A stretch of 64,000 nucleotides of DNA from an uncultured Armatimonadetes bacterium. Its GTDB lineage: Bacteria > Armatimonadota > Hebobacteria > Hebobacterales > Hebobacteraceae. Shown in pieces: positions 19,590 through 29,030 of this stretch. The stretch is from NCBI GenBank assembly GCA_963716175.1, contig OY970296.1:5591-69590 (forward strand), read 5' to 3'. The position numbers were made by a program, and so were the translations under genes. The first letter of the stretch is position 1. Each line of letters begins with the position of its first letter. Under the pieces are notes generated by a model. The model was given only the letters and a program-made list of their open reading frames with translations. It did no database searches and was not told where the DNA came from.

Positions 19590-19879
19590 CTCTGTCTCGC
19601 TCCTTTCGCTATCTTGGTCGATCGTCGTCGGCGGCGGCGACCCGCGGACTGGCCAAATGGGGGCCTCATCCGTCGAAGGACTGGGGAAGCTGCTGCGAGG
19701 GAGACTGCGGTCCGTGGTTGGTGCTTTGCCGACAACGTCAACTACTATCCTAGCCGTGAAGCGTGACAGAGGCAATCGAACCAAAGGCGCGAATTGGGTG
19801 GCCGCGAGGCCTAGTACTAAGGATGTATGGGCAGAGCAAGATGCGCTGGCCGACTCGCCGCGGAGCCGCTCAGTCATGC

Positions 19880-20030
19880 TGTTGGCGGAGCCGTGGTAAC
19901 CGGCGGGCCGGCATCACCCACATATAGGCGAAATCGGCGTCGAGACTTGACCCACTGGACATGAGAGCCGGAGAATCCAGACGAGGAATTCAGGGACCAG
20001 ACTGAACTGATTTCGCTAATCCAGGGTGGG
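19880..20030 (-). repeat. copy A of a roughly 150-bp dispersed repeat (about 80% identical to 45920-46075)
   Basis: The reverse complement aligns with 45925-46070: gctgacccaccctggattagcgaaatcagttcag... versus actgacccaccctggattggtgagatcagttcag... Confidence 0.5.
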
Positions 20031-20106
20031 TCAGCATTGGGCGCCGATGGTGGGTCAATTCTCGGTGCCGACTGACAAGAGCGATCCCGGAGGCCTCCGC
20101 GGCTGG

Positions 20107-21010
20107 CGTGCTTTTCCTCTGTGACACCCGGGTCGAGCGCATCGTGGTGAGCAATGGCAGGGCAGTCGGGGTGAGCGGGCGGGTGCTCGACCGCGCGACG
20201 GGCCGGCCCCGGTTCCGCGCCGAGATCCGGGCGAAGACCGTGGTCGCTGCCGCTGGGGCGCTGCACACGCCCGCGCTCCTCAGGGCGAGCGGAATCGCGC
20301 GTGGCAACCCCGCACTGGGCAGACACCTGAAACTCCACCTCTGTGCGAGAGCCACTGGTGTGTTTGACGAGCCGGTTGATGCTTTTCGGGGAGCCTGTCA
20401 GGGTGTGTACGTTGATGACTACCTGGGCGAGGGGGTGATGTTGGAGGGGACTTTCAGCGGGCCCTGCTCGCAACTGCCCGGCCTGTTTGGCTTCGGTCCC
20501 GGTTTTGCCGCAAAGGCGGCCAGCTACCGCCACATGGCCTGTATCGGGATCCTCACCAGTGAGACGGCGGAAGGCCGAGTCGTGACGGGCATCCGTGGGA
20601 AGCCCCTGGTGCTGTACCAGGCATCGCAGCGCGATGCGCAGACAATGCACTGGGCAATGCTGAGGGCCGACCGGATCCTCTTTGCCGCGGGCGCCCGGCA
20701 GGTCATCAACGGCAGCTACGCGTTCCCCGAAGCCAACGCTCCGAGCGATCTGGATCGCGCAGGCGCTCTGAGGGTGCGCCCACAAGACCTGCTGATGATG
20801 GCCTTCCATCCCCAGGGCACGTGCCGGATGGGAGTGGACCGGCGGCGCAGTGTCGTCCGCGAGAGCGGCGAGTGCCATGACGTGGCATGCCTCTACATCG
20901 CGGACGCGAGCGTGTTCGCCAGCTCCATCGGGGTCAACCCGCAGGAGACCGTCTGGGCAGTGGCACACACGGTCGCGCGTCATATCGCTCGAGACGCATT
21001 CGACTTGTGA
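20107..21010 (+). pseudogene. C-terminal fragment of a GMC-family oxidoreductase; the N-terminal FAD-binding half is missing
   Basis: The GMC C-terminal region reads HPQGTCRMGVD...VHDVACLYIADASVFASSIGVNPQETVWAVA. The frame is open only back to about 20070, and no GxGxxG N-domain is present. Confidence 0.6.
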
Positions 21011-21468
21011 GCACGCCATGCCCACTGCCGCATGATGCAGACAGGTGAGCGTGTGACAGAGCACTGCCCATACCATCGCGCGCCGGCCGGTTGGGAGCCG
21101 CCTCGTCCGGACTCCTTCACCGCGGATGGGACCTACGGTGGGTGTCGAGCGCCCGCGAAGCCGGGCCTGGGAGGTCTCTAGCACGGCGGAGGTTAGCTGA
21201 GCAACTAGCCACACGCGGGCGGCACCCCGACGGTACGCCTAGCTAAGCATATGTGGGATCTCGGGCCCGCCAGTTTGCTGCCCGTCCGCTCTCCACCGGA
21301 GTTCTCAGAGCCGAAGGGCCTCGCTCAGGCGGTTCCATCGCCGCTCGACACCCACAGAGGGGTTCACTCCACAGCATGGTATACCAGAGCATGGCCGGAA
21401 GGATGCCGCAGTGACGGCGAGAACTCAACGCCGAGGATGCCCAGGAACCGAGGCCCCTGGCTTCCTGG

Positions 21469-23805
21469 ATGCCCCAGACTGGTTTTGGTACACTTCGCGA
21501 AGCGGTGAGCCGGAGGGCGGAGATGAGCGGAACTCGGTGTGGGCAGCTTCTTGTCTTGTCCTGCATGACGATGCTGGTCCTGGGCCTGTGCGGCACATCG
21601 CAGGCCGGCCTGCAGGCGATCTGGGCGGTGGATGATGGGGAGAAGGTCTTTCAAGACGATCTTGATCATCCGCTCAAGTCAGGCGGGGCCGGCAACACAG
21701 TCTGGGACGGCACGAAGGTCCGGCTGTTTGCGGCGCGCAACGAGATCGTGGCCTTCCAGTTGATCCTCGAGGCTGACGCGGCCGGCACCTCGCAGGTGGA
21801 TGTGCACGTTTCCGACCTCGTGAATGGAGCTGCCTCCATCCGCGGCAGCCATCCCTTGCCCCCGCCCAACGACTATATGGGAGTGGGGGTGGAGCTGTTC
21901 ACCGAGCACTACCTCAACATCACCGCTCCCTCCTGGAACAGCCCGTGCGGCGGGTTCTACTGGACCGGGGAGGCGAACCCCTATATCACTGGCAAGATTC
22001 CGGACGCGCTGGTACCCTTCTCGGCCCTCTCCGGCAAGGGCGGCGCGCCCTTCGACATCGGGGCGAGCCTGAACCAGGGGGTGTGGGCTGATATCTACGT
22101 GCCCCGGGACGGAACGCCGGGCATCTACTCCGGCACCATCAGCGTGTCGGTGCAGGGCAGCCCTGTGGCAACGATCCCGCTCGAGGTGGAGGTGCTCGAC
22201 CTCACGCTCTCGGATGAGAACCACTACAAGTCCATGGTGTTCTACAGCCGCGAGAGCATCCTCGAGCGACACGATACCGGCTACTGCACACCGGAGATGT
22301 GGGACATGGTGCTGGACTACCACCGCATGGCTCACCGCCATCGGCTCGAGCTGATCGGGTGCGGCGACTGGACAGAGACGGAGCCGCTGACGGGAACGCT
22401 CACCGGCGAAGCATTCACCTCCGCCCACAACTACGACGGACCCGGTGAAGGGGTTGGCAACTCGCTCTTCTGCGTCAACACCTACGGCGTCCAGTTCCCA
22501 GATGATGAAGCCAGCTACCGGAGCGAGTCCGACAACTGGGTGAACTGGTTCACCACCAATGCCCCGGAGGACATCGAGTACTTCTTGTATCTGTGCGACG
22601 AACCGGGCCCTGATATGTACCCGTGGATCGAGGAGCGAGCAAGCTGGATCCACAACAACCCCGGGCCCGGGCACCACCTCCCGGTGTTCATGACCCGGGC
22701 GCCGATTGACTCCCTCATCGGCTCCATTGACATCTGGTGCTGCCAGGCGCCATCCTACTACCCCGACGACGTCGCCGCCGCCCAGGCGAGAGGCGAACGC
22801 GTCTGGCTCTACGCCGGGAACCGCCCTCAGACGCCGGCCGACGCCACAGATGAGTACGGCATCGCCTTCCGCCTCAAGCCCTGGATCGCCCACAAGTGCG
22901 ATGTCCCGCGCTGGTTCACCTGGGAGAGCACCCACTACTACAACAACCAGAACGAGATAGACCCTGGCGGACGCAAGAACGTGTGGGTGAACCCCATCAC
23001 CTTCTCGGAGGACATGGGAGGCGGCACCCCTTGCCCGGCTGGCACGGGCAACGGCGATGGCGTGCTCTTCTACCCCGGACAGGACGCGCTCTTCCCGGAG
23101 GAGGATCGCAACTATCCTGGGCCGGTCAGCTCCATCCGGATGAAGATGTACCGGCGCGGCATCCAGGATGTGGAGTACATGTGGCTGGCGGAGCAATCCG
23201 GTCATGCTGGAGAGGTCCAGACCCTCCTCGCCGGCCTGCTGCCCAATATCATGTGGGAGGCGCAGGCGGTTCCCACCTGGTCCAATGCCAACGCTGACTA
23301 CGAAGCTGCTCGGCGCCAGTTGGCAGACCTGATACTGCAGCCGGCGGCGCCGGTGGTGCTGGAGGCGCACCCCAACGAGCGGGCACAGGGGCGCGCGGCG
23401 GGAGCGGGCGGCGCTTCCCTGGGCGGACCGTATTGGGTGGATCCCATAAACAAGCTCGTCGCAGTCTACTGGTGGAAGGAGTATCGCTTCGCCGCCAGCG
23501 GGGTGCTGTGGGTGCAGGTGTGCGCACAGAACTGGGCCGGCACCCAGAATGGCGACGGGGACGACGACAACACGAAAGTGGCGGTGAACGGGGTGGCGCT
23601 GGCGGACTACGATGGCATTCAGAACGGGGCTCCCGGGGGGTGGCAGTGGATCGGGGCCACCGAGGCGGGCCAGCGCTGGACGCTGCGGTTCCTGGCCGTG
23701 GGGGCCCCTGGGATGCAGAGCGTGAAGATCGCCGCGGACCAGGCGCCGGTGCTGTGGTGGGTGAAGGTGACGGACCTGGAGCCATATGAGATCATCCCCC
23801 CGTAG
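21469..23805 (+). CDS. large secreted protein, putative glycoside hydrolase-like (DUF4091/GH123-like central domain, C-terminal beta-sandwich)
   Basis: The signal peptide reads MSGTRCGQLLVLSCMTMLVLGLCGTSQA. The product is a weak assignment by resemblance, which I cannot verify here. Confidence 0.45.
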   Translation: MPQTGFGTLREAVSRRAEMSGTRCGQLLVLSCMTMLVLGLCGTSQAGLQAIWAVDDGEKVFQDDLDHPLKSGGAGNTVWDGTKVRLFAARNEIVAFQLILEADAAGTSQVDVHVSDLVNGAASIRGSHPLPPPNDYMGVGVELFTEHYLNITAPSWNSPCGGFYWTGEANPYITGKIPDALVPFSALSGKGGAPFDIGASLNQGVWADIYVPRDGTPGIYSGTISVSVQGSPVATIPLEVEVLDLTLSDENHYKSMVFYSRESILERHDTGYCTPEMWDMVLDYHRMAHRHRLELIGCGDWTETEPLTGTLTGEAFTSAHNYDGPGEGVGNSLFCVNTYGVQFPDDEASYRSESDNWVNWFTTNAPEDIEYFLYLCDEPGPDMYPWIEERASWIHNNPGPGHHLPVFMTRAPIDSLIGSIDIWCCQAPSYYPDDVAAAQARGERVWLYAGNRPQTPADATDEYGIAFRLKPWIAHKCDVPRWFTWESTHYYNNQNEIDPGGRKNVWVNPITFSEDMGGGTPCPAGTGNGDGVLFYPGQDALFPEEDRNYPGPVSSIRMKMYRRGIQDVEYMWLAEQSGHAGEVQTLLAGLLPNIMWEAQAVPTWSNANADYEAARRQLADLILQPAAPVVLEAHPNERAQGRAAGAGGASLGGPYWVDPINKLVAVYWWKEYRFAASGVLWVQVCAQNWAGTQNGDGDDDNTKVAVNGVALADYDGIQNGAPGGWQWIGATEAGQRWTLRFLAVGAPGMQSVKIAADQAPVLWWVKVTDLEPYEIIPP

Positions 23806-24339
23806 CAGCACGCGCGGCGTGTCTGGGTGACGGGTACGCTGCCGAAGCACCGGAAGGTCAGGCCGCGGCCGCGAGTGGAGAGCGGGTTGCCTGCAGCAAA
23901 GGCCGGGGCCTGGGCTGCCGGGGCCGGCCTGTGGTTGCGGCCTCGTGTGGGTGCCGGGCGCTGGTAGGACCACTGCCGTAAACCTCGTGCGTCCCTAGGC
24001 TGTCTCCTCTGGCTGGTCAGGCGGCGAATTCATAGATGTGGGTGTCAAGCGCCGATGGAACCGCTCAGCAGAGCTTCTTCTGCTCTCGGCGCGTGACTGG
24101 AAATCGGATGGGCGCGCCAATGCTGGTGCAGCAATCCCACATATGTTTAGCTGGGATTGTGGTGGCGGTGCCGCCCCTTTGTGGCCCGCTGTTGCCCAGC
24201 CCTTTGCCTTACCGCCGGTGTTCCAAACCGGTTCCATCGTCGCCTGACACCCACAACCGGTCTCAGATCATAACTGAAGGGAGTCAGCCTGAGCCATCCC
24301 AGCACCCGCCTGGAACGGTCCTACGGGCCCTCGACACAC

Positions 24340-24750
24340 GCAGAGTGCCGCGGGATTGCGCCGACCAGATGTCGGATGGGGATCTCGTGGTGGAGTGCGA
24401 GCAGTTCCTCGGCGGGCTGCTGAACTCGTACTCTCGCAAAGCCGCGTAACCGACGCGAACATCGCAGTGTTCGATCAGGGGGAAGTGGACGGCGTTGGCG
24501 CGGCCGCGGACTCGTCATCCCAAGGCTGGCCTGCGCCGTGATCATGTCTTAGGCTGCCATCGTTGCACAGCCGTCCGCTCCCTCTGCATCGCGCCGATGG
24601 ATTATTGGATAGCACGCGCGCGGGCAGGGCCTCTGAAAGTCACCCCAGCCCCTGCTTCCAAAGCCGGATGCTGCCACCCCATTGGCCATCACCCTGTCAT
24701 CGAATCGGTCCGCATGCCTCCCGGGCAGCACCGATGAGTTATTGGACATG
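24340..24750 (+). mobile_element. IS remnant copy 1: last ~35 codons of an IS481/IS3-like rve transposase plus a roughly 300-bp IS 3' end
   Basis: VPRDCADQMSDGDLVVECEQFLGGLLNSYSRKAA* matches the C-terminus of the partial transposase at 30412-30900. The downstream 24600-24745 matches 30235-30400 (reverse complement) and 52060-52200. Confidence 0.55.
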
Positions 24751-24876
24751 ACGCCCCCCACGCATCTGCCGAATCCATCCCCAAATGGGTTTCGGAATAC
24801 TACGGGTTGACATAAGCATCTTGTATCGGACTAAGGCTGCCATCGTCGCCAAGGCAGCGTAGAGCCCGCCGGGCCA

Positions 24877-24919
24877 GGAGTCTCTTGCATCAGGGCGTTG
24901 CCCTGATGCAAGAGACTCC
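24877..24919. repeat. perfect 19-bp stem / 5-nt loop hairpin (GGAGTCTCTTGCATCAGGG cgttg CCCTGATGCAAGAGACTCC)
   Basis: The inverted repeat was seen directly. It lies 45 nt downstream of the minus-strand operon stop (24964), and no U-tract follows. Confidence 0.5.
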
Positions 24920-24963
24920 GTAGACCTCTCGGCCCGCCCGGGCAGCCGACACCCGCACCGACC

Positions 24964-25959
24964 TCAGTCTACGGTCACCACACGTCTGGTGTTCAACGAC
25001 TCTATCCCGGCTGCGATGACCTTCTGCGCCGCCAGCCCGTCGGCCCCGGAGCCATCGATCTCCTCTGGAGCCACGCCAGCCGTTACCTGCGTCAGGAAGC
25101 AGTGTATGCGCTCGCGGAAAGTATCCTGGAAGTCGCGGTACCCCCCGAACACCGGATTCGTGTAGACCGACTTGACTAGATCGCCGGCCGGGTAGAAGGT
25201 GGCCTGGCGCCACATATCCTCAGCCACGAACCTACCCTTGAGGCCGGCCACTTCGCAGCGTTCCATCGGATGTCCGCGAGCGATGTCGTAGCTGCTCGTG
25301 AGATGGCCCACCATGCCGTTCTTCAGCTCGAGGTTGAACGATGCGGTTGACCAGATGTTTCGCCCTGGCGCTTTCATCGCGAAGCATTGCACCGCCGCGA
25401 TGTCGCCGCAGAAGTACCGGATCATGTCAACCGAGTGCGGGTTCAATGCCTTCATGTGAAAGTATGGCGACTCGAAGCTCTCCGGCCGGCCGATCCAGAG
25501 CGCCATATTCACGAAGAGGAGGCTGCCAACCCGACCCTCATCGAGCCACTGCTTGGCCAGCCGCGCCGCGGGTGTGAACCGGTGGTTGAAGTCAATCCCG
25601 AAGCAGCGGCCCTTCTCGCGCGCTACCCGCACCATCTCTGCCGCTGTGTCTACCTCGTTGCAGATCGGCTTCTCGCACAGCACGTGACAGCCGGCCTGCA
25701 AGGCCTCGATGGTGGGTTCATAGTGGTCGCTGGCATACTCGTAGCCACCGGTGGTCACGCTGCAGAGGTCGGGGGCGAGCCGGGAGAGCATCTCCTCTGC
25801 ACGAGTGAACCATGGCACGCCTAGTCTCTGCCCGGCGCGCTTCGCCCTCTCGGGGATGATGTCGCAGACGCCGACCAACTCCGCCAGTTCATCGGCCTGG
25901 TAGATATCCGAGTGCAGGTTACCGATCGGACCCATCCCTATCACGCAGACGCGCAGCAT
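24964..25959 (-). CDS. Gfo/Idh/MocA-family NAD(P)-dependent oxidoreductase
   Basis: The N-terminal Rossmann motif reads MLRVCVIGMGPIGNLH, with a GAGGA RBS. A C-terminal alpha/beta domain follows. Confidence 0.8.
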   Translation of the reverse strand: MLRVCVIGMGPIGNLHSDIYQADELAELVGVCDIIPERAKRAGQRLGVPWFTRAEEMLSRLAPDLCSVTTGGYEYASDHYEPTIEALQAGCHVLCEKPICNEVDTAAEMVRVAREKGRCFGIDFNHRFTPAARLAKQWLDEGRVGSLLFVNMALWIGRPESFESPYFHMKALNPHSVDMIRYFCGDIAAVQCFAMKAPGRNIWSTASFNLELKNGMVGHLTSSYDIARGHPMERCEVAGLKGRFVAEDMWRQATFYPAGDLVKSVYTNPVFGGYRDFQDTFRERIHCFLTQVTAGVAPEEIDGSGADGLAAQKVIAAGIESLNTRRVVTVD

Positions 25960-25961
25960 TG

Positions 25962-26708
25962 CTATCCTCTGGCGCGGCTCCTCTGGCGCGGCACTGGCCT
26001 ATAGCCGAGCTCACGCATGTCCTCGACCAGGAAGTCGAAATCATGCATCCCTTGGTCGGTCTTCCAGCGCCCGATGGGATCACGATTCACGACGATCTTT
26101 GCGAGCGGGATCCCCAGGAACTCCCCCAAGCTGCGCAGGGTTGTGTTCTGCCTCAGGACGAAGTCCTCGAACCGCACCTGAATCGCGTGCCGGGGGGTCG
26201 GGGTCGCCTTGACGATTTCACGCTGATACTTCCAGCTAATCGCTCGCATCAGCCTGATGCTTTCCGGCTTGTCGTAGGGAACGCCGAAGTCAGAAAGGTC
26301 GTCCGTCAGGTGAGAGCCGATCACGGAATCGCGGGGATCGCGGACCCAGTGGATGTAGCGCGCCTCCGGGAACATCCGCACGATCCACGGGTAAACCAGC
26401 GTCGTTTCCGGCAGCTTCCATCCCTTGTTCTCGGCCCTGCTGCCTAACACGGACGCCAGGTACGATTCCACCAATCGCGTGAAGGCGGGGTCAATGGGTG
26501 CCGTGTGAAGCCCAGAGAAATCCCACGCCGCCCCCCCTTTGTGGACGACCGAGCGCGCCATCACCCGGCACGCTGCGTAGAAATCGTCGGCCGGCACCAG
26601 GTCGCCGGAGGGGTTGAGACGCGAGCCCATATACACGCCGCTGGCATATAGCGTGTGCGACATGACGCGGGTCCCTGAGTGACCTCTTCCGATCACGGTG
26701 ACCATCAT
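25962..26708 (-). CDS. sulfotransferase-family protein
   Basis: The 5'-PSB-like motif is VIGRGHSGTR, and the 3'-PB-like motif is RDPRDSVIGSH. Confidence 0.6.
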   Translation of the reverse strand: MMVTVIGRGHSGTRVMSHTLYASGVYMGSRLNPSGDLVPADDFYAACRVMARSVVHKGGAAWDFSGLHTAPIDPAFTRLVESYLASVLGSRAENKGWKLPETTLVYPWIVRMFPEARYIHWVRDPRDSVIGSHLTDDLSDFGVPYDKPESIRLMRAISWKYQREIVKATPTPRHAIQVRFEDFVLRQNTTLRSLGEFLGIPLAKIVVNRDPIGRWKTDQGMHDFDFLVEDMRELGYRPVPRQRSRARG

Positions 26709-26717
26709 GGTGGCGCC

Positions 26718-28160
26718 CTACAGCTCCTTCGCCCCGCGCTGTCTGCGCAGTTCGGCGGCTGTGGCCTGCAGCTTCTCCGCCATCTGGGGTGATCCGATGT
26801 GGAGCGTGTCGTAGGCTTGCTGCGAGGTGGTGAAGGGCTCTCCATGGCCATGCCAATTCAGATTGGTGAAGATCGGATTGCGTCTGCCCGTCTCCTTCTC
26901 CCGCCGCGCGATGTGCGCGTTCATGCGACTCAACAAAGTCTTCACGATCTCGGGCTCGTGCTTCGCTAGGTTGTGATCCTCGCCAAGATCGATGACGAGA
27001 TTGTAGAGTTCGATCTTCGGCATGAAGTGGAAATCCGGCTCCAGCGCCTGGATCAGCTTCCACTCCGGGGTGTGCCACCCGTGCTTGCGCATCCAGGTGG
27101 CCTCGGTGAGGTAGAACTCCGGCTCCTGGCGGCGCGGCCTGCCCCTCATCAACGGCACCAGGCTGCGCCCATCGAAGCGGATCTTGGTCTTTATGCCCAG
27201 CAGCTCCAGAATAGTCGGCATGATATCCTTCATCTGGACGTAGTCCCGGAACCGCTGACCGGCAGGCACCTTGCCGGGGCAGACGAAGGCGAGCGGGACG
27301 CGGATGGTGCACTCGTAGAGCCCATGGTGATCGAACCAGCACTCATGATCGTAATGCGTTTCGCCGTGGTCCGAGTCAATCACAATAAGCGTCTTGTCCG
27401 CGATCTCGAGCGAGTCCAGGGCGGCGAGGAGGTTGGCGATGCACGAGTCCATGTAAGCGACTGCCCCGTCGTATTGGGCGACGATGTAACCTTTGTCGGT
27501 GCAACCCGGGGGAAACCAGCTTGCGAAGAAGTCACAGAAGGGCCTGAACGCCATCACCGGATCTAGCGAATGGTTCTCCGGATCCAACTCGTCGCCGCCG
27601 TAGAACATCCGGTCGAACGGCCGGGGCGGCAGATAAGGCGCATGTGGGTCCATGTGGCGGAGGAACAGGAAGAAGGGCTGGTCCTCTCCCGCCAGCCGCC
27701 CCAGTTCAGGGATGGCGACTTGGTTGAGGTTCTCAGCCTTGTGGCTCCGGCCTTCCTCCCATGATCCCCAGCCGCTGAAATCGAGGTACTCGTGGAAGCC
27801 GCGTGAGGCTTGGTTGCCGCTGAACCCGACGCAGGTGGTGTGGTAGCCGTTCTCGCCCAGCACTTCTGCGAGTGTGGTCAGGTGCTCGCCGAGCGGCCCC
27901 TGGTGTCGCAGCGCCACCACATCCGTTCCGAAACAGTCCATGCCCGTGAACATGGACCCATAGCCCGGAGTAGTGGGGATCGAAGGGCTGAACGCGTTCT
28001 CAAATACACAGCCGGCGCCTGCAAGCCTGTCAATGTGGGGCGTCGTCAGCCGATGGTACCCGTACAGGCTCATGTGATCGGCACGCAGGCTGTCGATGCC
28101 AAGAAGCAGCAGGTTCGGTCTCTTCCGCACAGAGATCCGTCTCCTCATGGTGGGCGCCAA
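26718..28160 (-). CDS. sulfatase-like hydrolase/transferase (alkaline-phosphatase superfamily), non-canonical active-site motif
   Basis: LLLGIDSLRADHM and VIDSDHGETHYDHECWFDHHGLYE match metal-binding motifs. The position of C/S-x-P-x-R reads SPSIPTTPG, with no Arg. Confidence 0.65.
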   Translation of the reverse strand: MAPTMRRRISVRKRPNLLLLGIDSLRADHMSLYGYHRLTTPHIDRLAGAGCVFENAFSPSIPTTPGYGSMFTGMDCFGTDVVALRHQGPLGEHLTTLAEVLGENGYHTTCVGFSGNQASRGFHEYLDFSGWGSWEEGRSHKAENLNQVAIPELGRLAGEDQPFFLFLRHMDPHAPYLPPRPFDRMFYGGDELDPENHSLDPVMAFRPFCDFFASWFPPGCTDKGYIVAQYDGAVAYMDSCIANLLAALDSLEIADKTLIVIDSDHGETHYDHECWFDHHGLYECTIRVPLAFVCPGKVPAGQRFRDYVQMKDIMPTILELLGIKTKIRFDGRSLVPLMRGRPRRQEPEFYLTEATWMRKHGWHTPEWKLIQALEPDFHFMPKIELYNLVIDLGEDHNLAKHEPEIVKTLLSRMNAHIARREKETGRRNPIFTNLNWHGHGEPFTTSQQAYDTLHIGSPQMAEKLQATAAELRRQRGAKEL

Positions 28161-28172
28161 ATCTACCCCCGA

Positions 28173-29030
28173 TCAGCGCGCGCCGAGCGCCTTCAGGCAC
28201 GCGTTGATGTAGCCGTAGCTCTCGGCCGCAATGGCCGCGACCTCGGCCAACTCCAGTTCGCCGGCACCGATCACCTCCAGGCAGACCGGCCCGTTATACC
28301 CGCCCTCCACCATCACCTTGCAGTAGGCGAAGAGGTCAATATCCCCGCGCCCGCAGGCCTGATCTTGCGCCCTCCCCGGCCCTGGGCCCTTGCCGAGGCA
28401 ATCGCGGATGTGAATGTGCTTGGTTCGGCTCAGCACCGATCGCAGCGCCTCCGCGGGGTCCTCGCCTGCCCGCCAGATGTGACTTGGATCCATGTCAATG
28501 CCGAAGGCTGGAGATGCGATCTTCTTCATCGCTGCCAGCGTGGTCGGCGTGTTGTCTATGCAGGCGCCGACGTGCGCCTTCACGCACAGCGTCACTCCCC
28601 ACTGCTCCGCTTTCTCCGACATACGCGCGATCAGGTCAGTCTGGCGATCGAAGTCCGCCTGCGACCCGCTCTTGCCACCCGGCCCGATGTTCACCACAGG
28701 GATCCCAATCGCGGCCGCCGCCTCGAAGGCCTTCGTCAGTCGGTCCTCGTCCAGCGCCGCCTCCTCCATGGACAGGAACTCGAGTCCGTTGCCGGCGGCG
28801 ATCTGCTTGAGCCCCGCGGCCTGCTCGCGCCACCGATCCAACTCCAGATGCTCACACATCCCCTTGATGGCCGACACCTCTACCCCGTCGTAGCCGGCCA
28901 GCTTGATGTACTTGGCGGCCGTGGCGAAGTCACTGTTGCCAAAGAGGACGGAGTTGACGCCGAGCCTGAGCATCGCGCGCTCCCTTCCTACCTGCGGAGT
29001 CGCAGCCGTTCCCTGATACACGACCCTCAT
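28173..29030 (-). CDS. sugar phosphate isomerase/epimerase (xylose-isomerase-like TIM barrel)
   Basis: The family pattern is ...GYDGVEVS...GIDMDPSHIWRAGEDP...; the likely true start is the internal MLRLGVNSVLF. Confidence 0.65.
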   Translation of the reverse strand: MRVVYQGTAATPQVGRERAMLRLGVNSVLFGNSDFATAAKYIKLAGYDGVEVSAIKGMCEHLELDRWREQAAGLKQIAAGNGLEFLSMEEAALDEDRLTKAFEAAAAIGIPVVNIGPGGKSGSQADFDRQTDLIARMSEKAEQWGVTLCVKAHVGACIDNTPTTLAAMKKIASPAFGIDMDPSHIWRAGEDPAEALRSVLSRTKHIHIRDCLGKGPGPGRAQDQACGRGDIDLFAYCKVMVEGGYNGPVCLEVIGAGELELAEVAAIAAESYGYINACLKALGAR

